DNA of 64,000 nucleotides from Nitrospirales bacterium (GTDB lineage Bacteria; Nitrospirota; Nitrospiria; Nitrospirales; UBA8639): NCBI GenBank assembly GCA_965203295.1, contig CBDBCZ010000016.1, positions 352,001 to 416,000 of the forward strand, read 5' to 3'. Shown piece by piece: positions 32,801 to 44,188 of this stretch (position 1 is its first letter; each line of letters starts with the position of its first letter). The notes under the pieces were generated by a model. It saw only the letters and a program-made list of their open reading frames with translations, ran no database searches and was not told where the DNA came from. The position numbers and the translations under genes were made by a program.

Positions 32801-34903
32801 TTCCATCTACAGTCTTGTGGGAATTCAGTTGCATTATTTTATGGAGCAAGACAGGCCTAGCTGGCTGCTCGGCTAACTTTAATTTTTGATCAGAGAATGG
32901 CAGTCGTCACTCTCCTGCTGCCGAACCAGCCTTACCAACTGTTGAGTAACCTCTCATCAATGTGCCCTCTTTTCTTTGCCGCTGCATTATTTCTGTGTCA
33001 CTTCGCATGTAGCCTCCCTACACTGCTGTCTCTCTTTTAGTGTTGTACTGTAGCACAATATACTCTCTTTTAGAATGGTACTGGCTGTGGGAATGATATA
33101 AAAATGTCATATTGAAATTTATATTTCATTTTTATCTCCTGGAACAATTACAGCCTTCCTTTCTTTACTTCATGACTTGGGGAAGCACTGTGTCTATACC
33201 ACTGCTGCATCATTGCAGGACCCTTATTTTATCCATTCACAGTCTCTATAACAACCGGATATCAGACAAGGGGGGCCGAGCCATCGCGGCAGCTCTGAGG
33301 GTCAACAAACGCCTGACATCTCTAGAGTAGGTTCATTGTTGTTACCTCTTGCCCTTTTAAGTTAAGGAAAAGTAAACATGTATAAATTCACACATGACAT
33401 GCCTACTTTGTGTTGAGCCTGACAGAACTGTTGTGAGCTCAAAGTTGTTGGCGTTTTGACCTGATGACATAGCCTCATTCTAGGCCCTCCCCACTATGCA
33501 AAAAAGAGCAGGTCCTCTAGCCTTTCTCTACATACATGTATGCCATAAACTCTGGAGTACAAGTACCAGTACTTCTATTCAGAGATTGTGCATTTTTGTG
33601 GCACAGATTACGTGGGGTACTTCTAATTATGGGGTACTTTTCGATGAGATTACAAATACGGTAGTACAACAGCAAGCACATTAAACTGTAGTGTTTTCTT
33701 GACTTCACTGTACTCTGGGATTGTCGTAGTGCTGTTCTGACACGAGCGGTCTTTCTTTGTACTGAAGTGCATACCTACTCACAAGGCAGTTCTATGCCCC
33801 ACTGGCAGCCCATGCATACGCCTTCTGATGCAGACCTACATGTAGGGTGCACGCTTAGTTTGCTTAGTTGTTCGATGGTACTTACATATATATTCATTTG
33901 GGTACTTATATTTGCCTGGGTAGTACTATTAATAGCAACTGGTTTAATTGGTACTTACCGGTATATTCATAGGGTACTTGTATTTGATGGGTACTTATAC
34001 TTCAGAGTTTATGGTATGGCACCACATGTATGATTATACAACTTTTACAAACTATAAACTACTGCTAGATCCCCACACTGCCTAAACTTTCACTTGGTAG
34101 ATACTGAGCTACACAGATTGTGAACACTTGTGTCTCTTCACAGTGTGAATTACATGGGGATCACTTTTGGGTGAGACCTCCCTCCCTGATGTGATCTTGC
34201 AGTTGTTACAGTCCAGAAAATAAAACTCAAATGTCTTTGTATAAAATATGTAGTTCATTAAGTGCTACAAGTTTTTTGAGTGTCCCTGTCTGCAGAGAGA
34301 TGACAGAATTTAATTAGTAGATGCAGTCGCTTTCCATACAGCAAATCCTTTACACTGCAGAGTGACCTGGGAATGAACATCTCGTACAAATGTGGTTATA
34401 TAATGTATCACATTATAAGTATAAGGTGTGCACATGTACATCGTGTGCTCACTCAGTAATTTTCTAGTGTTGCATTATTCTTTTTATCTCCTCACAGTCT
34501 TGATAACAACCAGATATCAGATGAGGGAGGCAGAGCCATCGCTGCAGCTCTGAGGGTCAACAAGAGCCTAACAATACTACGGTAGGTCCACTGTTGTTAG
34601 CTGTTGTTGCTACTTATACATTGAAAATAGATCCTGACAAGTTGTACCTCTGTACACAAAAGGTTTGATTAGTAATCTACAAAACAAAATTTGGAAATAT
34701 TTTGGCATCCCGTTCTGAGTATTGCAATTTGAATGAAGTAGCTATATAATAATGAGTAGTGACAGTGTGCATGCAGTGGTTTGTCTTGCCAGAGACTGAC
34801 AGCAACATTTTACCTCATTCTCAGGCTCCGTGGGAACTATGGCATCAGCTCAGCGATGAGAGGACAGCTCCAAAAGGAATCCAAAGGAAGAGTAGACTGT
34901 TAA
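23860..34903 (+). CDS. NLR immune receptor: hydrophobic leader with 2A peptide, Death domain, NACHT, LRRs (~1109 aa, 13 exons)
   Basis: Exons 23860-24370, 25523-25564, 25787-26077 (Death domain, GPPTWRVLVAAV), 26455-28192 (NACHT: GAPGSGKST, LIVLDGWDEL, VIVTSR, FLHLSVQELLAS); LRR exons 29000-29080, 29837-29920, 30190-30273, 30829-30912, 32065-32148, 32424-32507, 33243-33326, 34498-34581; terminal exon 34825-34903. All junctions are GT/AG and phase-compatible; 3330 nt total with no internal stop. Confidence 0.9.
24280..24360 (+). other. 2A-like (StopGo, ribosomal skipping) peptide
   Basis: VSSALRLLLALGWLLIVAGDVELNPG|P matches the D(V/I)ExNPG|P consensus with the usual Leu-rich upstream helix; predicted skip between 24357 and 24358. 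Confidence 0.9.
31217..31691 (-). mobile_element. HINE/Helentron-like element in an NLR intron; same family as the fragment at ~2570-3210
   Basis: A-tract flanks with short inverted CCAGCCGG/CCGGCTGG ends and a GC hairpin at ~31650-31684; 31225-31480 is the reverse complement of ~2570-2814 plus 3190-3210. Confidence 0.6.
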
Positions 34904-35689
34904 CTGAGCATTTTAATTATTGTACAACTATAATTATACAGCATGGCATTGTATTCCACAGTGGTTTCTAGTAAGTTTTAGTCCACATTAAAATCTTGTT
35001 TCTTTTTGTCCAGTGCTTATACATGTAGTACTTATACAGATGTAAATGTGCTGAATTATATTTATGCAGTATAATAATAGATGGCCTTTAAAGGTCATAG
35101 GAAAGTATACTTACGATGGGAACGTTTTCACATTCTGTCCCTGAGTACTAGTGATACCAACATTCAGAACATTAAAATGCCAGAAAGCCGTGATGGATGA
35201 AACAATCTCCCGAATCAGATTATTTACGTTGGTGTATATGGGGTATCCAATGTTGATGTTCCTCTGGATCCTGCTTCGACATGAGTTGACAGTTGTGGGT
35301 GGAATGGGGTTCTGGTATGGAAGAGTCTGATTTCTTAAATTGCTTGTGGTATGGGAACTTCTGCATGCAGGTCTACGGACATTGTCATTGATCTCCAAGT
35401 AAAGCTCATTGTATTCTTGTTAGGGTATAGTGCACCTCTGATGGTAGTGGTGAAAAGTCCCCAGTCGTAGCAAAATATCCTGGTTTATATTTCTTGCAAA
35501 AAGGACAGATGCTCAAGGTGTATAAAATGCGTATAGTCCCTCCTCTCTGGGATGTATCCTCAAAATATCTCTGCTGACATCAGGATCATGAAATGTGACC
35601 TCACATATGCTGAGGTACATACATGTGGCATACACACACACATACATGACACACAACTGCACACACACACACACACAGGCATACACAAT

Positions 35690-35960
35690 GATCCAAGCGC
35701 ACTCCCATGATTTGACCGCACTCATGGCACTAGCTGTTGTCTGAGTGCACTCATTCTATCTCTATCAGTGCACTAGCAATTACATTGAAGTGCACTCTCA
35801 TGATCCAAATGCACTGAACTGCACTTGCACTTGGATCATGGGGTGCACTTGGATGAATGGAGTGCACTTAGATAATCGGAGTGCACTTAGATCTTGGAAG
35901 TGCACTTGGATTATGGCAGTGCACTCCCATGATGCAGTGCAGAGCACTCAAGTGCACTCC
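35690..35960. repeat. Degenerate GTGCACTT(GGAT) tandem repeat
   Basis: About a dozen GTGCAC-containing short units. Confidence 0.7.
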
Positions 35961-36390
35961 CTTATGATTCATGTCTCATCATTTTGCAGGTACCAAGTAT
36001 TCTCTCTACATTTATATATGCTGTTAACTAAGCTAAGTCACTGCCTTTACAGTATCCAAAAGACTGTGTATGCCTACTACAAAACAACCAACACACCCAC
36101 CCACACAATCATGGGTTGAATATCCATGACGAAAAAGATTCCACCCAGCACCTTCAAAGTGAAGAACATGTATGACTATGGAGGTCACTTCCACTAATTA
36201 GCACTTCCAGTTGTATAGTATTGGTTAGAGTGGTTAGTCTCGTGCAGGGGAAAGAATATTGGACGACGTTTAGGAGTTTCAAACATTATCGAAAGAGGTG
36301 AATAGAATTACACAACCAACACAGAATGGGAGTGAAATGTAATACCATTATGTACAACACAGGTACAATACAATGCCCTGCAATGCAAAA

Positions 36391-38397
36391 TTACAACATT
36401 AATGCAATGTCAGTAAGTTCAAACTCTTGATTGCGCAATTTTGAAACAATTTTGTCTTTACCCTGGAAATTACATTTCTCCAGGATGACAGAAAGAGCAT
36501 ATCGATCATGTTCCTTTCGTCTGGGCAAACGAGCCATTGCATCTTGATGGCGCTCAACTATACCTATATGATTATACGTACCAGGGTAATTTGTGCCTTC
36601 TTTGTCAGTATGCATACGGTCGAAGTCTATCATCCAGGCTTCTTGGCCAGCACTACTGAATAGAAGGTTCTGCTTTCTAATGTCACTGTGAACGTAGCCT
36701 TCGTCATGAAGCTTGCCAAGGTCACGAATGATGTCTCGAAAGTGCTGTAGTTGCTGGGGGTCGTGGTCTCCTCTTATGTAACTATACTTCAGACACTGAA
36801 CACGTCCCTGCGTATCAAGGTTCTTCAATGACATACCAGGTAGGTAGTCTGTATGAATCGAAGTCATTGCATCATAGAAATTAGGTGAGAAGCGCCGGTG
36901 CTCACTGTCATACATTTTATACACAATTTTCTTGTCGGCAGAGCGAAACAAGCGACAATCCCTTTTATTCGTAATCCAATCACAGACCTCACCACCAAAC
37001 AGTGGTACCATGGTAGGAGGAGTGTCTGAGATGAAGAGGTGCTGTTTCTGAAGAAGAGTATGAACCGCTCCGAACAAGACAGCAAAGAAAGCATGACAAT
37101 CACAAGCGGGAGAAAACTGAAAACCGATTTCGCAGACTTCTATTTGGTATACATACCCATCACTGGCCACATAGACAAACAGTTTAGCTTCATCGCTTGT
37201 AAAAGATAATCCAAGCTTTGTTGTCCAAGTGCTGTTTCCAGTAGACACTGATTCGATAAGGTAGCCAGCTGTCTCCCTTCTCGCCATGCTCAAATCACAG
37301 AACTTGTAGACACCCAACAATACTGGATACATAGGACATTCATCACACAATCCAGAGACATACAAGTCATGATGATGAATTGTACCCTTGTTGTTTTTGG
37401 TTGGAAACTGATGCATACACGCACCTGCAGAGATGTTATTGTCAGGAAACCAAAACCGGTTAAGTGCACGAGCAAAGCATGCGGCTAATGTGAGTTCACA
37501 CGTTCTCACATCGCCATCGAAGATATCAGGACTATCTGGAAATGAGCACACGTTCAAGAAAGCTGTGGCTATGATCTCCAAGGACTGAACTGGAATGGTA
37601 TGCTGCATTCCAGCAAGCACACACTGGACCTGTCGTGCTTCTTGGGCCTTCTGGATGAGATGAAACTGGTTGTATACAATTCCAATGCAAACCAGTGAGC
37701 AAACAGTGGTGCGTCATGGACCGTGCTGGCAACAAACGAATCTGATTTACGACCGAAGTCCGACGGGCAGAGATTTCCAAGAGTTGGCAGAGTACCTATA
37801 ATATGTATGCAAATAGGACGATTTGCTTAACTTTTACTTTGAACAAAGAGCATGCAGGTGCCCCCAATACTATGTGCATCTCAGCAGGTACATGTGTACA
37901 TTAGCGATGCTGATAGCCTGAGGTTACACAGGACACATCTAACCTTACTTTCACAAGGCATTTGGTCACATGAGCCTCTACCTTACCCTAACCAAGGCAT
38001 TTAATTCCATTTTCCTGATTAGAGGGGCTACATTGTTCACTATTACAATACCTATTACAATACCTAAGTAAGTGTAGGAACAGTAGTAATGTATGGACGA
38101 TAATTATTAAAGGTACTCACCTACACGTACTTTTATCTTCTTATGCCTTATATGCAGCAAGAGAGGCTTGTCATCACTCGTCGCAGTCACATAGTGACTC
38201 ACTGAGGTACCAGGCTGCACCTTATTTCCACCAAAGGTCACAGACACCCGGTTAGGATGAACAATTTCCTGTGCCTTACGAAGGGCGGCTTCAACTATAT
38301 CTTGAATTTCAATACAATTGTCCACCGACACTTCCATTAGAATCTCATCTTCATCATCAAAGCAAACCCACACCTTCTGTGTCATGTGTTCTGCCAT
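36391..38397 (-). pseudogene. Crinkler/CR-effector-like Ubl + REase-like + protein kinase gene with one apparent frameshift
   Basis: Exon 1 38397-38121 (KVWVCFDD...VTFGGNKVQPG...TSDDKPLLL, ubiquitin-like). Exon 2 starts at 37795 (PSDFG), changes frame near 37673-37676, then runs as a 409-aa ORF with DLYV...VLLGVYK and kinase motifs GYVHSDIRKQNLLF and WMIDFD. Confidence 0.65.
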
Positions 38398-38864
38398 TAT
38401 CCTGTTATGTGAGAAAGAGGTGAGAGTAGTGAGGGAATAAAGTTAGTCACTATCCAGAACACTCCTTGCCCAGGATGGTCTCAGTAAACGCACTGCGCTG
38501 TGATTTGTATATAGCTACTCTGTAATGCATTGGGCTGTGATGTGTAGGAAGTCTGTGAACCCATTGCGGTGTAGGTTAATTAGCTTGCTTCCTTTGTTTT
38601 TGTGGAAATACATCCCTACATGAATTTTTTTGCACTTTTTGGTGAAGTTGTATATAGCTCAGGGTGGACAACTAACTGAATTTGGACTATTTGGAAGCGA
38701 TCCACTGAGAAATAGCTCAGATTTGCTGTTCACTCCGATTCCAAAAATGGATGATTATAGACCATCTATAACCATCCATGATTTTTTCAGATCATGCCAA
38801 AATCATCCAATTTTGGATGATTTTAGCATATATTTTTCTATAGGGATGCTAATCCTTCAATAAT

Positions 38865-39505
38865 CATCCAATTTTGGATGATTTATGCCATCCATTTTTG
38901 GATGATTTATTAAACTTTAACCAAGCATCCAATTTTGGATGATTTATGCCATCTATTTTTGGATGATTTATTAAACTTGAAGGGAACATCCAATTTTGGG
39001 TGATTTAGGCCATCCATTTTTGGATGATTTATTAAACTTTAACCAAGCATCCAATTTTGGATGATTTATGCCATCCATTTTTGGATGATTTATTAAACTT
39101 GAAGGGAACTTCCAATTTTGGGTGATTTAGGCCATCCATTTTTGGATGATTTATTAAACTTGAAGGGAACATCCAATTTTGGATGATTTAGGCATTCCAT
39201 TTTTGAATGATTTATTAAACTTGAAGGGAACATCCAATTTTGGATGATTTAGGCATTCCATTTTTGGATGATTTATTAAACTTGAAGGGAACATCCAATT
39301 TTGGGTGATTTAGGCCATCCATTTTTGGATGATTTATTAAACTTTAACCAAGCATCCAATTTTGGATGATTTATGCCATCCATTTTTGAATGATTTATTA
39401 AACTTGAAGGGAACATCCAATTTTGGATGATTTAGGCATTCCATTTTTGGATGATTTATTAAACTTGAAGGGAACATCCAATTTTGGGTGATTTAGGCCA
39501 TCCAT
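38865..39505. repeat. ~61-bp tandem minisatellite, about 10 copies
   Basis: Unit CATCCAATTTTGGATGATTTATGCCATCCATTTTTGGATGATTTATTAAACTTTAACCAAG and variants; each unit carries two CATCCA-N4-TGGATG palindromes. Confidence 0.95.
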
Positions 39506-39700
39506 TTCGCGTATTCGAGTACGGTCTCGCGCGTGACGTCACATCCGTTACACACGGACGGACGGACAGAACTAACGTTAAAGTATTGATTGATGATGAT
39601 TGATGATGATACATATAAACGCTAGCTGAGATTGTTGAGCCCATAGCACGCAATTATTGGCCTCGCTGCGCTCGGCAATTATCACTTCATTAGTCTCAAG

Positions 39701-41236
39701 ATGCCGTTTGGAAAGGATGCGCTGACTGAAGAGAATCTCTACCAAATTGTGGAGACTCTAGCGGAACTGCGCAAAAACCCTGAAGTTTTGCAAAATATCA
39801 GGCAGTACGCAACGTCGTGTGCTAGTTGGGGAGAAATATTGTCTGAGTTGTTGGTGAAACCTCGCCTGTTGTATGCTCGTCAAGGGTATCCTGGGGAACA
39901 GAAAGTGCCGTTCGAGGAGATTGCACAGGAACTACGAAAAGGCAATGCAGTAATCGTAAGTGTGAAGCTGCCCAATCAGTATAAAGGTTCGGACCACTGC
40001 TTTACCCTCGAGCCGAAAATCGGAGGAAGGGCACGGGTTCTCCACGCTTGGCAGGACATGCATACTTTACGGGCTGAGGAAGCCATGCCGATTGACGAGT
40101 TGGTTGGTTTGCTGAAAGGCTTGGACCTGGAATTACGGCCAGAAAATGTCCCCAAATTGAAGGAAATCCGAGGTAAGCTCTGGGGATCAGACCACGCAGA
40201 CCCAGGCACGATTGGAGAGCAGTCGGCGAGAAGGAAAATCAGTTTTGACACTGTCATAAGCGGCAAACCGAAGCTTCCGCTTGAGTTCAGTGAAAACCTG
40301 AATGACCTGGGTAAGAAGCTGGTTGGATTCTCCGAGGAAGTGAAGCCTGTACCCCGCGTGCAGGGACCGAAACAATTCGCAAAGGCTAAACCGTGGGCAA
40401 AGGCTGCTGGTTATGGTGGACTCCTAGGTGCTGGTTTGGGTTTTGTGTTTGCAGCTGGGGGAGTGCTGTTGACTGATGAAAGTGAAGGCAAGTGGAAGAA
40501 TGCCGCCATAGAAGGAGGGAAGGGTGCATTGGGAGGGGCAATTGGGGGTGCTGTTGGTGGAGCAGCCGCAAAGGGCTTGGCGCCAACATTCGCCCGATTG
40601 GGAGTGTCTGTGTTTCGTGCAAATATCCTTGCAGGGGTCGCAATGTCTGGCGTGTTCGCAATTTGGGACGTCGGCCAGTGGGCGGCAAACAATATAACAG
40701 CAGTAGACCTGCGCAAAAGAGTTGCAGCGAATTTGGGGGGAGCAGCAGGCGGTATTGGTGGAGATATTCTTGCTGGGATAGCAGGAGGAGCTGGTGGAGG
40801 ATTTTTTTTTGGCCCCATCGGGGCAGCGGTTGGTGGAGTTGTTGGTGGGATCACTGGCGGCGTAGCTGCAGGAATTGGAGGGGCCTTTGGCGGACTGGCC
40901 CTCGACAGGGCGATATGGAACGAGGACGAAGACTCTGTTATGAACAGCTACGAGTTTTTCGGATGGCGTTCTGTTCGGCGCCCTCAACGACCTGTAAAGA
41001 CTGCAAAGGAAATAGTGGATGCCTACACGAAGAAATTGAAGGACAAACCAAAAGAGGTCATTGACGACGAATGGGCAACCTTTTGCACGGCAACCCTTAT
41101 GGTGTTGCTACGAGCTATGTACCCAGAATTTGTGGAGCTACTAGAGATGGCTAAGAAACTCCGCGAGAATGAAAACGATGGCGTTCCCATCATTGGCACT
41201 GCAATGTTTGCATCGCTATCACGTAAACAGGTATAA
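39701..41236 (+). CDS. Intronless 511-aa protein: putative papain-fold (Cif-like) N-domain, glycine-zipper membrane region, degenerate J-like C-terminus
   Basis: Intact ORF with long GxxxG arrays (GALGGAIGGAVGG; GAAVGGVVGGITGGVAAGIGGAFGG). N-terminal TSC...DHCFTLE...RVLHAW; C-terminal YEFFG...KEIVDAYTKK without HPD. Confidence 0.75.
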   Translation: MPFGKDALTEENLYQIVETLAELRKNPEVLQNIRQYATSCASWGEILSELLVKPRLLYARQGYPGEQKVPFEEIAQELRKGNAVIVSVKLPNQYKGSDHCFTLEPKIGGRARVLHAWQDMHTLRAEEAMPIDELVGLLKGLDLELRPENVPKLKEIRGKLWGSDHADPGTIGEQSARRKISFDTVISGKPKLPLEFSENLNDLGKKLVGFSEEVKPVPRVQGPKQFAKAKPWAKAAGYGGLLGAGLGFVFAAGGVLLTDESEGKWKNAAIEGGKGALGGAIGGAVGGAAAKGLAPTFARLGVSVFRANILAGVAMSGVFAIWDVGQWAANNITAVDLRKRVAANLGGAAGGIGGDILAGIAGGAGGGFFFGPIGAAVGGVVGGITGGVAAGIGGAFGGLALDRAIWNEDEDSVMNSYEFFGWRSVRRPQRPVKTAKEIVDAYTKKLKDKPKEVIDDEWATFCTATLMVLLRAMYPEFVELLEMAKKLRENENDGVPIIGTAMFASLSRKQV

Positions 41237-41802
41237 CTAGCTCCTGCTATCTTTGTAACGATCGAAATTAATATTAAGTATGGTATACCGTAACCGTAGT
41301 AGTAGTCTAGCATGTTAGCTGTGTGTGTATATAATATATCATATCCTGTATTAGCATACTCTTCCTGTTGCACTGTCATTCTTTTGAGTCCTGTATTAGC
41401 ATACTCTTCTGTTCACTGTCATTCTTTTGAGTCCTGTGTATATATAAGCAGCTCTGCTGCTTTTTGCATAGCGATATTATTGTTAATACCGTCGGCTATC
41501 AGCCAACGCATGCAGTCTTCTTGCGTATTCTCGCGCAATCACATTCTATTAGATGACGTCACATCCGTGACACACAGACAGACAGACAGAACTAACGCCA
41601 AAGTATTGATGATATGTGTGTGCATGTACGTAATATTTTCTACCCTACAGCAAGTTGTTTTTTTTTTTTTTGGCTGAAGTTTACGTATTGACCAGTGGGT
41701 TGTTGTTTGAGGTCAAATGAGTGAACATAACGAAGAGCCAAGTTGGTGTGTGTGTGTCTGGAGGAGTTCACCAAGAATGCAGAAAAAAAAATGAGCAATT
41801 GA

Positions 41803-41931
41803 ATCACTACTTATTCTTGGTTAAAGATAGAAACCAATTCTGCTGATCACTACTTATTCTTGGTTAAAGATAGAAACCAATTCTGCTGATCACTACTTAT
41901 TCTTGGTTAAAGATAGAAACCAATTCTGCTG
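41803..41931. repeat. 43-bp tandem repeat, three copies
   Basis: ATCACTACTTATTCTTGGTTAAAGATAGAAACCAATTCTGCTG x3; related sequence at ~42597-42810. Confidence 0.9.
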
Positions 41932-44188
41932 ATTCACTAATGTGATTTTAGCATTCTTGAAGCACTCCCTCTGCAACTGAACCAATAACCATCTGCATTG
42001 GTTTGCGTTATTAAAATAAGGAAGCTAGTGATGCATGTTTCCACTGTCCTTAATGAACTCTCTTGAGCCACACATGTACACACACACCACCACCAAATTA
42101 GCTCTACAGTTTCACAGTATTCACTTGTTTAAAACTAAAACAACATCCCACTGGTCAATATATTATTGGGAATTCATGTTTTTTCGCTGTGTATCTTTCC
42201 AAATTCTTGGTCAATTAACCTTGTTTCCAGTCCTTCCTACCCTTGCACTCACAGCTGTGGAGAAAAATGGAGGAGGAAGGCCTGTTACCACATATCACAT
42301 GCTGTGACGTAGTTATATGCCCACGCAACAGTACTTACTTAAGCTTGCCCACACACTTATTGAAAGACAGCATCTGTTAAGAACAGAATGACTGAAGCAA
42401 GGGCTGCTTAACAAACTGCCACAGTAAAATAGGAATTGTCATATTGACCAATGGCTCAGTGGGTTGTGATTTGGGTTTCAAATGAGTGAACACAGCGAAG
42501 ATAGGGCCAAACTGGAGTGTGTGTTTATCTGGAGGGAGCTCATCAAGAATACATCATCAACAAGCAACAAGCGATTAATGCATCAATAATGTGTTTCCTT
42601 ATTCTTGGTCAAAGATAGAAACCAATTATGCTGATTCACTAATGTGATTTTCGCATTCCTGAAGCACCCTGAACCAATAACTGTCTGTATTAGTCTCGCA
42701 TTCTTGACAAGTTAAGTTCTATTACCATTGAGCCAATTAATGCATCACTAATGAGTTTCTACTTATTCTTGTTCAACAATACGAAACAATTCAGCAGATT
42801 CTCTAACGTTATCCTCATTCTTGAAGAACTCCCTCTGCAACTGAACCAATAACCGTCTGCATTTGTTCGCCAATTAAAAGTAAGGATTCAAAACGCGCTA
42901 GTAATGCATGTTTCCACAGTCTTAATGAACTTCCTCCAACCACACATACACACACACACATACCAGCTTGACCCTGGCTTCACTGTGCTTGAGAGCCACT
43001 GACTGTTTGCCTTCTCCTGTGGACAACCAACTTGAAAACCTCTGTAATATGAGAAGCCCTATGCATGCATGCAAGTAAGGATTCTAGCTTGACCCTGTGC
43101 CAGTTCACTCATTTGAATCTCAAATGCAACCACCGGTCATTATGACAATTTCTTTTTTTACTCTGCATGCATGAGGACACAGGCCTACATATACGTATAC
43201 ATGGGTGACAGTGTGCAAACCAGATTTAACTTGAGCTACGTATTCGTACAGACAGCCCAGCCTAGATAATTGCATTCCTCAACAGTAAGTACAAAGGTCA
43301 GTTTGTCTCTGTACTAATCTACAAACAGCAATGCATATAATTATGTAGTCAGTGTAGAGTGATCACAGCGTTGTTTTGTTTACTAAACTAAATACGTGTT
43401 TTAGTAGGAGCAAAAACATCTATATACATCTATAGTTGTAACAAACTAAAACTAGAACTTTGAGGGTAGAATATTTATTCACCAAAATCCACTCTGTTAA
43501 CTACTATTTTAGTGACCCTTTTAGTTGGCCAACTAAAACTAAACTGAACTTTCCATTTCACTATTAAACTAAATCTGACAGCACGTACTACATCTATTAT
43601 TACGCCTGGTTGTGTCTGTACGTCCGTGCGTGGTAAGTACAGTAATGAGAAGCCCCATGCATGCATGCAAGCAGGTTTTATAATTAGGTTGCACACTGGT
43701 GCTTGGATGAGGTATGAATTCCATTGTTTGGACGTTCCAGTACGTTTTGCAATTGGACTCTGATTACCATACACAAGCATGCATGCAGCCATTACAATCA
43801 GGTGTGTCCTTAAACTTAAAGTTGCAATGTCGGTGAAACAGAGATGACAGGACATGAGAAAGATGAACCTGCTACTGTGGTCATGGTAGACTATATACAG
43901 ACAATGGTGTGACCTTTGTGCAACAGAGGAAAATTAATGCTGTTACGCAAACTAATTATAGCCTGCATTAGTCTCGCATTCTTGATCAATTAAGAATGAG
44001 GAAAACCTATTACCATCGACCAGCACTATTGCATCTCATACACCCTCCAGAAGCTAATATTCAGCCTTTTTGTTTACCTAGGTACTGCCCATAAATCAGC
44101 TCTTTGAACCCGCACTAAATTAAATTCCAGATTCGGTAAACAGTAAGCGGTACAAATAGTGGGCAGAGCTCCAGCCCCCACCCACTCC

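Noticed and set aside
34144..34170. Possible extra NLR mini-exon, and an LRR 3' remnant near 33415-33438
   Set aside because: No LRR pattern or no acceptor; not needed to keep the frame.
38865..39505. Regular palindromic repeats resembling a CRISPR array
   Set aside because: No unique spacers, no cas genes, eukaryotic context; it is a minisatellite.
39976..41379. Antisense and alternative-frame ORFs over the glycine-zipper gene
   Set aside because: Shadow ORFs expected from Gly/Ala-rich codons.
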